This document shows positions 13,101 to 25,486 of a stretch of DNA of 64,000 nt, one piece after another. Both the position numbers and the translations under genes were made by a program. This DNA is from Heptranchias perlo (lineage: Eukaryota): assembly GCF_035084215.1 (NCBI RefSeq), contig NC_090370.1:2976001-3040000 (forward strand), in the 5' to 3' direction. Each line of letters opens with the position of its first letter. The first letter of the stretch is position 1. The notes under the pieces are model-generated. The model was given only the letters and a program-made list of their open reading frames with translations, searched no databases and was not told the origin of the DNA.

Positions 13101-16100
13101 GCAGAGAGCAGAGGCTTTCATCCTGTCAGTCCAGGCTAGATTCAAGCTCATTCCCTACAGGTGAGAGGACAGTGAGCTTTCAGTCCCTCCACCCCTCCCC
13201 CATTGGATGACCACTTACCATAAGTTTTTGCTAAGTTGCCCACTCCGTTAAAAAAAACAATAAAACACAATTTTGCAATTAATTTTCAGGTCCGAATTTG
13301 TGGCTGCAGTCTCCCACACAAATCCCTGGATGTTGCTTCAGGGAGGTGCGGAGCAGAGGATAGACCATATAGAAGGGACACCCACACCTGCAGGTTAGCA
13401 ACACTCACTCTTTAACCTCACCTCAACGTTTCCTTCACAACAGCTTTCATGAGGGGCATCTTTGCTACATCAGCGAATGAGGGGATGGGCTTGTCTCCAA
13501 CGGTCTCTTTGATTTCTTGGTATAGGGCTGCTTGAATGTCTGGGTGCCTGGACAACTCGTATAGTGTCCACGACATTGTGCTGGAAATCTACAGGAAAGA
13601 GAGGGGGAACACAGATCAATGTAATACTAGCACTGAAAGGTAAAAGGAAGGACAACCACCTAGTGTAACATCGAGCAATACAGATAAGGTCCCAGGTCAA
13701 CTCTCAGTCTCTGCTGCTAGTTCTCAACTGGGGTGTTACAAATGCTTTAAATATCCCGAGGCTATGGAGAGGGGGGAAGCCAGCTACCGACAACCCTGTG
13801 TGCCCACGTCAGCTGAGAACAGGACTGGACTTGGATGCGATGCCCTCTGTGAAGGAATAACCTGCCAACATTGAGGTCAGGGGAGAATAATATTGGGCGG
13901 GGTGTAAAACGGGCGTTCCACCCGATCCCGTGGGTTTCCCGCCCAGCGAGTTAGGTTAAAATTACCCCGCTGATTATTACAGAATTCTGAAAACCACAAG
14001 AGGCATTCAGAAGAAGAAAAAATGGTGACAAGCACTTACTGTGTCCACACCAGCAAGTAACAATTCTGTGACGTTGCCATAAATGGTTCTCATTGAGAGA
14101 TTCTGACATGACAGGAAGTAGACCAGGTACTTCCCCTCGATAGGCTCGCTGCTCGCTAACTTCTGTTCAATTTCTGCCATCCTTTGGTCTATGTGTCCCT
14201 TAGCTGCCATTTAAAAAAATAATTGCTAAAATAAGTTGAATGATGAGGCCAGATATAACATCACTTTCCTGACCAACATGAACCACAGTGAACCCCTGTT
14301 GGAAGAGCAACCTGGAAGAGCAGAACACATCACTGATCCTGATACAGTCCCCCACCCTCTCCCAATTGTAAAGAGGTCACTGTAGGTTTCACATTGGGGG
14401 TCGCTCCATACCTTTGCTTTCTGGAGGAGGAGGAGTAACCATGAGAGGGCAGGCTGGTCAGGTAGCACCAGAGGCTTGCGGCACCTACCCACCCACACCA
14501 ATACTCACAGGCCGAGGCCCTCCTACTACCAGTTGCCCCGGAGACACTGCTTGCAGAGGCTTCGGTTTACAACGGAAGCGATCACCGAGTTATACCGCAG
14601 GCTGCTGCTCACTTCCAGTGGGCAGCGGGAAGTGGGCATCGAGCAGTGGGCACCGGGCGGTGGCAGCAGGCAGCGCTAGCTCTTCAACTGGAGATGTCTA
14701 CTCTAATCTCGTTTCCCTGCCCTTTCCCCGTATCCTTTTATATCCTCCCTTTTCAAATACTGATCCAATTCCCTTTGAAATGATGTCCCAGTCTCTGCCT
14801 AAATAGCCCCTTGCAGTGAAGCATTTCCTGCTCGAATAGCCCTCTGAGTGAAAACATTTCTCCTCTATCCCTCCCCACTTCCTCAGCCTCGACACCTCGT
14901 ACGGGGCACCACTCCACGTCAACGAGGCATCTCCCTTACCAAAAGCGAACATGTAATCCCAGCAGGCAGTGAACTTCCGCCAGGGTCCCGGGTAGATTTT
15001 GTGCAGAAACTTAGGCATCACCATGGTGATGAGCGTCATTTGAAACATGGTGTTAATCGACTGAATAAAATCTTCCGTTCCTTTGGGAACGTCAGCCTTG
15101 AGGCAGCCTATCCGTGTCTCAAAGAGCACTGAAGAGATACCTGGAAGAATTAGCAGAGGTGGACATAAATTACTCCTTACGGCAATTAAAAACAGCCTCA
15201 GTAATCACACAATATTACTCGGGGCCGAGTGGCTTAGTACGCTACACTGTTATTTCCAGGACCTGAATTTAGCCTCAACTGACAGAAGGCCCTTTGATTT
15301 TGTTCCAGTTTCAGGAGTGTGACCTCCATGAGCTGCTCTCTCCCGCTTAGTCCATTGGTTCTCGGTCTCCACAGGTCTACTCTACAATACAGAGACCTGA
15401 CTCTAGGTCGCAGATACTTGTGAGGCATCGACTCCCCACAATTAGTCCGAAACACTGGATCCAGTGGCGGATTTGTAGGCCTGGCCGCCCCTTCCCTGTG
15501 GGCCCAGCTGTTAGCCCTGCGCACTCCTCTAATGTGAAAGTCCCTGTCTGCTGGGCAGTAGGAGTCATGAATGAAATGAGGTCCTGGCTGGAACAGCTTC
15601 ACACCAAAAAGCTGCCATGAATTCTGTACACAGTCGGAGAGATAAAAAGAAACCACAACAAATCTGAACTTAAACAGAATACACTGGAGACACCAGTTGT
15701 AATATTAACTTACCTTTCTAAACATTAATGCATCGTCCTCCTTCAGATGCTGAGGGGTCTCCTATACTTTTCCAAAGACCACAAACTAGCAGAAAGTTGT
15801 TTGCATCGGTGCCTTTATTTTTGAAGACACCCACACTCCATCACTGATGACGCAAAAAGTTGATTTTTGCACTTAAAAAAAAATTGCACTGATCCAATCG
15901 TTTGAATTAAGCAACTTTGATTGAAGAGGAGTAGACTGCAGGCGGTTGGTATGGCAATGAGAAAGGTCCTCCGACAGCAGTAGGGGCATGTTCCTTACTT
16001 CAATGCTCTGAGGAGGACATTACTGGGCAGAGAGTAAGAAAGTACTTTTGAAGTGTAGTCACTGTGGTAATGTAGGAAACGTGGCCGCCAATTTATGCAA

Positions 16101-19100
16101 AGCAAGATCCCACAAATAGCAATGAGATAAATGACCAGATAATCCGCTTTTATGTGTTGGTTGATGGATAAATATTGGCCAGGACACCAGGGAGTACTCG
16201 CCTCCTCTTCTTCCAAATAGTGGGATCTTTTGCGTTCACCTGAGAGGACAGACGGAGCCTCGGTTTAACATCTCATTCAAAAGACGGCACCTCCCTCGGT
16301 ACTGCACTGGGAGTATCAGCCTGGATTTGTGCTCAAGTCTCAGGAGTGGGACTTGAACCCAAAACCTTCTGATTCAGAGGCGAGCGTGCTGCCACTGAGC
16401 CACGGCTGATACCTAAAGTCAGCCAGGGTTCCCACTCCCAGTCGTTACCCAGTAACCTCTTTTAAAAGTGCATGTGTGCAGATGTCTAGTGAAAACAGGA
16501 TCAGGCTCGGCTGTGATGCCCTCACCGTCTAGACTCCCACAAGATGACTGAGCAGTCGAGTGAGGTACTGGAGGGGGCTTGTGGAGCAGAATCTTAGCAA
16601 GAGTCAGTGCTTTCAGCAGAAGAGGGGAGAAAAATTTAGGAAGGAAACAAATCATATTAAGAAAAGGAAACCCCTGGACACCTCGCTGAGTTAGAAGTAA
16701 CAATGGGTCAGTCCCTAGGGACCATCTGCCAATGTACACGTTCGGGAGTCAGACATTTAAACTCACTAAACTCTTCAGAGTGAATGACGTCAGATGGAGC
16801 CTCTTATTCTGCCTGGATCCAATCAGCACAAAATGCAGCGGAGTTCCAATTAAAAGGGGCCCGTGTTACTGCAGGCAGATGGGCCCAGTATAAAAACAAG
16901 CAAATCAGTATTGCAAAGCTCATTGTCAACTACAAACTCGTGGCTGCGGACACTTAAATGAACCCTCATCCCCGACAGAATAACTCTTTGAAAACCAAAG
17001 CCTAGAAATGACAGTGAGTGACATTAGCAGATACATTTGTATAAAATGACTTTACTATTTTAACAGAGATTATTTTAATTGGCTGCGTTTGCTGATCACG
17101 ATGTTACAACTAGTGAAGACGTGTAGTGACAACGCTGAGAAGTGGGAGGTGTAATTGGACAGCACTCACCGATTTTAATTTCTAAGCTCAAGTCACAAGA
17201 AGTGGGCCATTGACTGGGACACCTGCTTAGTATCAGGGTGAGCAGCTTTATCTATGGGGACAATTTTAACCTAACTCGCCCGTCGGGAAATAGACAGAAT
17301 CGGGTGCAATGCTGGTTTTACGCTGAAGTCAGTGGACAGCAATATTGGTCGGGGTGCAAACCCAGAGTTCCACCTGATCCTGTGGGCTTCCCGCCCAGCG
17401 AGCTAGGTTAAAATTACCTCCAGTGTGTGTCAGGTTGGATAGGAAATCAACTCAAGGAAATAAGGATCTGTTGGGGGACTTCCTTCCTTTGCCCCTCTTC
17501 CCATTTGCAGCCACTCACCTTCTAATCCAAACTTGTAGAACTCCCCCGCCAGGTCCTTCACCAGGACATGATCATTCTTGCTCCGTTGGTGCCGAAGCCT
17601 GTGGATCAGGTCAGTGACGACCTCGTTGAGGACATCGCTGTACGCCTCCACTTCCTTTGGCTTCAGCAGGTGTTTGCTGAGCATGCTGCGGAGGGTCTGC
17701 CACTCCTCCCCCTCCCTGCAAGAAAGAAATACTGTTAACACACAACTACTTGAATCTATATAGTGCCTTTAACGTAGTAAATCGTCCCACAGCTGAAGTA
17801 ACAGCAGTGGTCAACAGCTCGCTGGTCACAAAGCCACGAGCCTTTATATGTATTAAGCATCATTATCTTTTGCAAGTACAGACGGGTCAACAGGAGAGGC
17901 GCCATTCGGTCCATCACACCTGTGCTGGTGCGAGCTCTTCAAGTGGACCTGTCTACTCTAATTCCATTTTCTTGCTCATTCACTGTATTCTTTTATATTC
18001 TTCCTTTTCAAATACCTATCTAATTCCCTTTAAAGTGATGTTATGAGGGTAAATAAATAAAGAAAGAACTTGCATTTATCCAGTGCCTTTCACGACCTCA
18101 GGACGGCCTAAAGCGCTTCACAGCTAATGAAGTACTTTTGAAGCATAATCATTGTTGTAATGTAGGAAACGCAGCAGGCAATTTGCGCACAGCAAGATCC
18201 CACAAACAGCAATGAGATGATGACCAAATAATCTTTTGTTTAGTGATGTTGGTTGAGTGATAAATATTGGCCCCAGGACACGGGGGAGAACTCCCCTGCT
18301 CTTCTTCAAAATAGTGCCACAGGATCTTTTCTGTTTACCTGAGAGGGCAGACAGGGCCTTGGTTTAAGGTCTCATCCAAAAGACAAATTCACTGATGCTG
18401 GGCTCCCAGCGGGGAGCTACACTCGAAGGGAGCAGGCATCGGAGATAGGACTACAACATGGTGGCGTCAATTATCTGACCTCCTCCCGCTTTGAGCACAA
18501 CTCCCTGTTGGGAGCGTGAAATTGGCCAATTTACCCTGTAGTCTTTGCCTCAATAGCTCCTTGTGGTAAAGCACTGCATGTTCTAATAACATCCTCTGTG
18601 TGGAAAAATGTCGTCTATCTTCCCCATTCATTCTTCTGGCGATAGGATCGGTGAAGCATTTGGTCAGTTTCAGCTCAAGATCCCGATGTGAAACTGACAT
18701 TAAAAAGGTTATGGTCCTAAACCTGAGAGAAGGGAAGTGCTTGTAGATTAAAGGCACCCTACTGCTAATTCTATGGCTCAAAGTATTAATGACGGGCGTG
18801 CACACCTAATATTTACTGTGGGATATTAACCCCTGTTTATTAAGTACAGACTCATTAACAGCCAGAAAGCTGTACACCAGCAATCTCTCTTGCTTCTGTG
18901 GGCCTTCCTCTTGTAAGAACGTACCTAATTTAGGCTTCATTATGGAGCTCCTCCTTCTGACAATGAAAAAGAAATGGTTGACGCAGGACAACTACAGGGA
19001 AACTTTTCTTTTTGAAAATAGGATTGCAAATTGGGCTTGATAACGTCACATATCCAAGTAAAAAATGCTGTTCATAACACAGACTCTTATACTGTTTTCC

Positions 19101-22100
19101 TGAAATGAAATGACAATGTTAGAGGAACAGCTAAAGTGGAGTGTTTTGAAATTCAGCAGCGTTGAGGTGTAATTCACACCCAAGTTATCAGACTGGTTAC
19201 TTGGGTGCTGACACACGAGCCTCCTCCCTCCCTACTTCATCTCACCCTATCAGCATATCCTTCTATTCCTTTCTCCCTCATGTGTTTATCTAGTTTCCCC
19301 TTAAATCCATCTCCACTATTCGCCTCAACCACTCCATGTGGGAGTGAGTTCCACATTCTCACCACTCTCTGGGTAAAGAAGTTTCTCCTGAATTCCCGAT
19401 TGGATTTATTGGTGACTCTCTTATATTTATGGCCGCTAGTTTTGGACTCCCCCACAAGTGGTAGTTTATTTTCTAACTGTCTGGCAGGTAATTCTTTTCT
19501 GAAGTAAATCGGTCGCTCGTTTCCTCTTGGGAGCTGAGTTCTCACCTTGGAGCTATCCTTTAAGTGTGAGGCTTGCTTCAGAAGTCTTAATTCCTCAGCC
19601 CTTCAACTTACTGACTGAGAGGCAGACTCAGCAGACTTGCTTAGACATTTTTTTTTTGCCTACAGCTGCTGAATGAGGGAATTGGGACAAATCCCTTCAG
19701 TTTTACAGTAAAAACCAAAACGCTTGGTAAAAGACCAGAAGAAACATGTGAGTCAGTCGTGACTAAATAGGAAAATCAACAGCTGCCTCTGGGTCATGCA
19801 GCTGACAACAGATCTATGGAAATTTTGGCTGAATTACAGATCTGAGACAGTCCAGAGTTAAATGAGCCTGTACTGCAATGGTCAGGAATCAGCAGTAGGA
19901 GCAGGGGGACCCTGTTTTTGATTGATTGTGAGCGATATCTGCCCATCTTCATCCGCCACAGTTTTTGACTAATTGTGAAAGGTATTCCTTTCTCCCAGTT
20001 CAAACTTCAAAGCAAAGAGGTCTGGCATCAAGGTTCTATGGTGAATCTCTCCTTGGCCGAGTGGTTGAGGAGCTGGAGTTAGTGAAGCATACACAAGCTT
20101 TTTCTCACAGGTCTGTGAGAGTCACGGAGGTTTTGAGGCGTTTATTATTTTGAAACGGTTTTGGAGGACAAGTGAAAAAATCAAGTATTTTTTTTAAAAA
20201 TTGTAATCTAGTAAAATCTGCTGTGCTTGCTCTTATTTCTGTTTAGTTTGACTTACTAAACCTGTGCAGCCCAAGGTGTACAGTCAGTGTTATTTATCCG
20301 TCATAGAGATCAGAGGGTAGAAATTCGAGTCGGGCAGTAGTGTAAAACAGAAGGTATCGAATCAGCCGTCCGTTACAGTCCTCACCTGATATACAGTTCC
20401 ATTGACTTCAATAGAATGAATATCAAGTGGGGTATAGAACAGGTGGCCCACGCCATACTGCCTGTTTAGTGGTACCTCCCAAGTCGAATTTCTACCCCCA
20501 GGAGTCTCAGGTGATGATCTGCAGTACATCCAGTAAGTTCATTGTTCACCCTGCAGCCCACTATTATAACGTCTCGTCTCCACTCATAGGACGTGTGGAA
20601 CCGCCTTCTATGAGGACACGAGAAAAAGCACCTGCAGTGTGCACAAATCATAAGAAAGCAAAGCGAATCTGTCTTTTCTCTTTCAGACGCTGACTGACCT
20701 GCTGTTGCATTTCCAGCGTTTTCTGTTTTTTTTTACTTCAATAGGCTGGCAAAGTTCAGCGCTAATGAAGTGAAGGCCGTGGAGTATTGCTGGGATTTCC
20801 TCTCCACTCACACCTCCCCTTCTCCCAGATCATTGCAGTGGCATTTGTGAGTGCTGCCCAGCAAAAAATGACAATCAGTGCAGCTATTGTATGAGGTCAC
20901 TGAAAGAAAGGCTTGTTTTTATTTAGCACCTTGTTCTGTCCCTCCGAAATGTCTCAGAACGCTTCACGTACAAGGAATTACTTTGAACTATAGTGACCGT
21001 CATGTAGGCCAATGCAGCAGCCATTTTGCGCACAGCAAGAGCCCACAAACGGACACCACCAATAATCCATCTCATTGCTGTTGGCCAGGATACCAGGAGA
21101 ACTTCCTGCTCTTCTTCAAATAGTGCCGAGGGGAATGTTTAACATCCACCTGACCCAATGGGACAGGCAGGCAGGGCTTCATTTTAACATCTCACCCAAA
21201 CAGGCCAAAAACTACAATCTCCAGTTATCAGTAGCATTAGGCGGCCGTTTCAAATAAAAACACCCTCACAGTTCCTTTTAAGTCAGCTGTAACCTCAAGA
21301 GTTGATTTGGTTTTACTTACGCAGTGAGGAGCCCGTAAGCATGTCCTCGGTATTGCCTGTAATCTTTCCATGATGATAAATCAGAACGAATTGGATGTTT
21401 CCCTTCCTGTCGTAAGACTTGTTCAATTAATGCTGGATCTGCAATGTGTACGGTCAGGATAGGCCCGAAACGTGCCTTCCACACAGGGCCATACTTTGCC
21501 TTTCCCTCTAGCTAATAAACAAGAAAATAAAACGACTGAAGACATTTGCAGTACAATCTTCTAACCCTTTAATTGCCTGTTCAAAGAAAGTTGGAGAATC
21601 TTGAAGAAGGAGTCATTTAAAAAGGGGGCACAAAACAAATTGACTTCAACAGCACAGCAGTGTTCATTTAATTAGAAACCGCTCCCAGCCCCACAGGCCA
21701 GTGGCCGTGTGAGACAGAGTCCCAGAGTAAGCAGCCAATTTGAGATCAATTGACGTCTTAAAAAAGAAACTGGATTGACATCTGCTGAGAAATGGGGTTG
21801 AGAGGTAGAGAGACATTAACAGCACTTGTGGATTTTTTTTTACTAGAAAGATAGGGGAAGGAACTTAGTGTTGCTTAAAATAGGGTAGTTTGGTAGGGAG
21901 TCCGTGACAAAATAATTAGAGGATTGATGGGCTGAATGGCCTTTCCTCACTTTATATAGGGTGCATTTTCCAACTGACACTGTTCCCATACAAATGCAAA
22001 ACGTGCTGATACTAGATCCTTCCATGTATTTTTTTGACGCAGGCATTCGAAGAGGAATTTAACACAAGTGGGTTAAACGTTCATACAGAAACAACACCAG

Positions 22101-23431
22101 CTCAAAAATAGACCCCCTATGTTCTCACCGATTGGAAGGAATTCTAATTATCCATCCTATAAAGACAAGCAATTATAGAGATTCCAAGACCTCAGTTATA
22201 CTGCATTACGGCTCTGAGGCTGACAGCTATAGAATGTGAAGCATAGTCGGCAACACTGGATTTATATTGCAGGTTACACACCTGCACAGAGCTCTGTTTC
22301 CTCAGCAGAGGTGGCAGGGCCCATTTATCCATCGTGTTAAATAGGCTTATTGGGTCATCAAAAACATCTCAAAGCACTTCACACAATGAATTAACTCCAT
22401 CATTTCAAAATGATGAGGGGTTTTCATAGAGTAGATGGGGAGAAACTGTTTCCATTGGCAGGAGGGTCGGTAACCAGAGGACACAGATTTCAGATAAGTG
22501 GCAAAAAAGCCATAGGGGAGATGAGGAGAATTTTTTTTTATGCAGCGAGTTGTTATGATCTGGAATGCACTGCTTGAGAGGGTGGTTGAAGCAGATACAA
22601 TAGTAATTTTCAAATGGGAATTGGATAAATACTTGAATGGGACTAATTGGATAGCTCTTTCAAAGAGCCGGCATAGGCACGATGGGCCAAATGGCCTCCT
22701 GCGCTGTATGATTCTATGAATGCAGTGACTTGTGCACGCTGAGATGACTACTATTAGGGAATAGACTACCTTGCATTATGTAACACTGGGATCTGGTATC
22801 TCAGCCAAGACTGTGATGGCGTGTAGGCAGACAGTGGAGTTATACACACAAAGGCACTTCCCTTTTAAAGTCAGTCACTTAGGGACTTTTTTTTTAAGTC
22901 AATAATAGCAAAGTATAATGATAGATAGTCAAAGGTTTTACCATTATTAAAATAAGTAAAGACATTAATGAAGAAAAATATCAATTTTTAAAATGCACTA
23001 TAAAGATTACTAAAACTAAGATTACAGCCATTGATTGACTCAAATTTCTGCCTCTAATAAAGTTTTAAAAAGAGGGGCTGGAGTCACCTACAGCATTTTT
23101 TCACCCTTTATATCTCTCCCCATCCAATTCCAGTATTCACAGTTACTGTCAAGTCCTGGATCTACAATCAGATTCCAGATTTTAAAATGTCTCACATGAG
23201 AGTTTCACACGTTGTCTTTACCTGCATCTCGTGTAACCTGGCCAGCCCTTTATTACAGAACAGATCGTACGCAAACCGTACAGCGCTAGGACCCGGCATC
23301 TCAGCCACAGTTCGCAAGCTGTTTTTCTTCTGCTTTCTGGACAGGGCGGATTTCACCACCATCTCTGCAACGTACCTGCAATACACAGGGAATCGGTTGA
23401 CTAGCTTTAAGGCTAAAGACATTGCAACCAT
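9997..23431 (-). CDS. CYP27B1: CYP27B1, 25-hydroxyvitamin D 1-alpha-hydroxylase (mitochondrial P450). Whole gene, 9 coding exons: 23222-23431, 21321-21511, 17519-17715, 14940-15140, 14040-14203, 13422-13588, 12008-12089, 10461-10658, 9997-10110; 1524 nt, 507 aa
   Basis: All introns are GT-AG and the exon phases join into one open frame. Motifs: MPGPS after a basic targeting peptide, I-helix [10 protein letters not shown]-helix ETLR, heme motif [11 protein letters not shown]-terminal PMTRTLLVP. Adjacency to METTL1 favours B1 over CYP27A1/C1. Confidence 0.93.
10215..10423 (+). mobile_element. CR1-type LINE fragment in CYP27B1 intron 8
   Basis: [15 protein letters not shown]...RRLRG..LIEVFK. 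Confidence 0.8.
10461..10658 (-). CDS. CYP27B1: CYP27B1 exon 8 ([13 protein letters not shown]...[25 protein letters not shown])
   Basis: Acceptor tatccag, donor GTAAGT, 198 nt, heme-binding Cys motif. Confidence 0.95.
10920..11056. other. Assembly gap (137 N) in CYP27B1 intron 7, followed by a TA/TG-rich low-complexity tract to ~11170
   Basis: Read directly from the sequence. Confidence 0.99.
11415..11905 (+). pseudogene. PIF/Harbinger relic with a decayed Myb/SANT (MADF-like) ORF in CYP27B1 intron 7
   Basis: LEVLLQ...VVLF...WEAV...TWLQLRK fragments across frameshifts. Confidence 0.45.
12008..12089 (-). CDS. CYP27B1: CYP27B1 exon 7 ([27 protein letters not shown])
   Basis: Acceptor tttccag, donor AAA|GTAAGG, 82 nt. 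Confidence 0.92.
12330..12850 (+). mobile_element. CR1/HER1 LINE 3' end
   Basis: [24 protein letters not shown]...[16 protein letters not shown] followed by tail ...gtacattctatgtaa. Confidence 0.88.
13422..13588 (-). CDS. CYP27B1: CYP27B1 exon 6 ([19 protein letters not shown]...[13 protein letters not shown])
   Basis: Acceptor cctgtag, donor AG|GTGAGG, ExxR motif. Confidence 0.92.
14040..14203 (-). CDS. CYP27B1: CYP27B1 exon 5 (KGHIDQR...[14 protein letters not shown])
   Basis: Acceptor atggcag, donor ACA|GTAAGT, I-helix motif. Confidence 0.92.
14470..14615 (+). pseudogene. PIF/Harbinger (HARBI1-like) transposase N-terminal relic in CYP27B1 intron 4
   Basis: [33 protein letters not shown] resembles the Harbinger N-terminal motif YRxRxSYLxLSxxxCxxRLRFxKxxxxELC. 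Confidence 0.6.
14940..15140 (-). CDS. CYP27B1: CYP27B1 exon 4 ([13 protein letters not shown]...WDYMFAF)
   Basis: Acceptor cttccag, donor G|GTAAGG, 201 nt. Confidence 0.93.
16040..16409 (-). mobile_element. SacSINE1-like SINE
   Basis: Same head and core as the other copies. Confidence 0.8.
17256..17421. mobile_element. Palindromic MITE (PIF/Harbinger-like); half copies at 13881-13968 and 55617-55713
   Basis: ggggacaattttaacctaactcgc ... gcgagctaggttaaaattacctcc. Confidence 0.7.
17519..17715 (-). CDS. CYP27B1: CYP27B1 exon 3 ([20 protein letters not shown]...EFYKFGLE)
   Basis: Acceptor cttgcag, donor G|GTGAGT, WxxxR C-helix motif. Confidence 0.93.
18061..18384 (-). mobile_element. SacSINE1-like SINE, 3' part
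   Basis: Same core and tail. Confidence 0.8.
19207..19465 (-). mobile_element. CR1/HER1 LINE 3' fragment
   Basis: GHKYK...[16 protein letters not shown]...FKGKLDKHM. Confidence 0.85.
20314..20498. mobile_element. Palindromic MITE
   Basis: gggtagaaattcga ... tcgaatttctaccc with a central ccattgacttcaatag hairpin. Confidence 0.7.
21321..21511 (-). CDS. CYP27B1: CYP27B1 exon 2 ([17 protein letters not shown]...GHAYGLLTA)
   Basis: Acceptor ttattag, donor GC|GTAAGT, 191 nt; translated by hand, not in the ORF track. Confidence 0.93.
22405..22720 (+). mobile_element. CR1 LINE 3' end
   Basis: accagaggacacagatt...atctggaatgcactg...gggccaaatggcctcct...tatgattctatga. Confidence 0.8.
23222..23431 (-). 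CDS. CYP27B1: CYP27B1 exon 1 (MVAMSLALK...[26 protein letters not shown])
   Basis: ATG at 23431 (alternative 23422), donor CAG|GTAAAG, 210 nt, phase 0. Confidence 0.88.
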
Positions 23432-23476
23432 CCTGAACAAAAAGCAATTCAATCATCCTCACCTTCATTCTGCAGG

Positions 23477-23594
23477 TTTTATATTGAGATAACGCTGAGG
23501 AAAGGCTCTTTGACTGACAGCATGCTTGGCCAATCAGGAGCCGAGTCGCGGCTGTCACCTTTTCATTATGAATATTAATGACCCCCGAGCCAAT
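23477..23594 (-). promoter_or_regulatory. CYP27B1 proximal promoter: TATA box and two CCAAT (NF-Y type) boxes
   Basis: TATAAAA on the minus strand at 23477-23483, about 46 nt upstream of the ATG; GCCAATCAG twice on the plus strand (CCAAT at 23530-23534 and 23590-23594). Confidence 0.6.
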
Positions 23595-25486
23595 CAGTAG
23601 TGTCAACCGAACCACTGGCCAGATATTTAAAGGGACACCCCAGGAATCTCGGCAAGGAGCTGGGGCTCAAGTGGTGAGCTGTGTGAATGGTAGATGGGGG
23701 GGGGGGGTCAATGAAATATATTTTGGAAATAAAATCACAGAGAAAAGAAAATCTGAAATTGTCTGCATTTTCAGTTTTTTAAATTTAAGGTTAAAAGATT
23801 GGTCAACTTGCAAAACAAATAGCATCCAACAAAAAATTTGCACCAGTTTTTTTTTTGGGGGGGGGGGGTTAGGGAGAAGAAAAGACTTTCAGGTCAAAAT
23901 GAAAGTGGTTTGTGAACTCCCAAAATATTGTTATTTTCCAAAAATGACACAAAGCAACAGGCAGAACTCCCAAAATGTAAGAAAATGTTGGGCCAGCTGC
24001 CCAAGAGCATGACCCCCCTGGACACCTTGGGTCTAGGAGTAACAGTTGGATTTCTGGTAGATTTAATAAATAGTTTCTTCACATATATTTAAACTGATAG
24101 CCCTTCTACCTTAATCATAGTTACATGTACAGTTTCCCATTTCACCCAGACTTGGTCATTATTCGCATTTTGTAAGAAATCTTCTCACTTTTAAAAGTTC
24201 AGAAACTGTTGATCATTTCCCCCCAGTAACGTGATTGGGAAATGGCAGCATTAAATGGGGGATCCCTCCAACACTGTTTAACACAGTGAGAAGATACTTG
24301 GCCAGTTGGTCATTAGTTTGTGATGCAGTCAGAACATGGCATTTCCCCGCTTTAAATTACAGGAGGTAAATTTAAAGGGGAGTCATATTCATACTGATGA
24401 CTTTCTTAAAAGGTAAAGGCAGAAACATTGGATTGGTCAAATTTCAAGAGTGGAATTACAGCTTCAATTCAGAAATCGATCAGGAGGACAGAGGGGCAGT
24501 AAAACGATAACTGGAAAGATGTGAGCCGGATGAATAGGGAAAGATCGAGGTCTAAAGGATGTTTAGAGACCTCGAAATAAAGCTCTTACTAACGAGCGTA
24601 TATCCTACTAACCCTCTGATCTATCAGTAATTCAGCCTTTCTCATCCTGCAGTGATTCACTACTCCTGACGGTCGTGTTCAGCTGGACAGAGAACACAGA
24701 AGCAATAACAGCGATGGGGCAACACTACAAATGGAAAACTACAAGAATGCATTCGATTGCACAGTGTCTTGCAACACAGTGGGATAATGTCCCATGCGAG
24801 TAGTACACATATTACAACAGAATCCTCTTTATTGACATCCTGTGCCTGATTTCCAAATCAGCACGTGAAGACGTTTATGTTTTTTGTAAAAACTGATCCC
24901 TCATGCATCTTGAAAGGTTCCAGTGCAAAGTTCAAATTTCACCACAGGTCTTCCATTTTTGAGAGGAGGGGGAGGGGCACACTTCTGTCACCTTCCACAG
25001 TAAGGATGGACCAGGTGCTGAGAAAGACAAGTAGCTTTCTGGAGCAAAGGCGGGAAAATGGAGTTGAGGTGCAGATCAGCCATGATCTAATTGAATGGCG
25101 GAGCAGGCCCGAGGGGCTGAATGGCCTCCTCCTGTTCCTAGCACAGCTAGGGCTGCAAGAGAGGATACTTTCTGCCCAATACCATCTGCAAAAAAGCTGA
25201 ATTTCTCAATATTTTTCTACTCCAGGATACTTAACAGATCTAGAGGAATGAAGAGGGTAGTGGGACATCTTCAGGACTGAAAATGTAATATATGGAAATA
25301 TAAAAGAAAGGCCACTCCTTTGCTCATCTTGTAACACACAGTTTGGAAAGCGGTAAGCCATGGAAGAGTTCAGATGAGAGGACGAACCATGGGAGAGGGT
25401 GCGGAGGAGGAAGAATTGCCCTGGTCACTAGGTGGTTAATGTATCCGTCAAACATTCCTTTGCTCAATACTTCCAGCAAAATTTGA

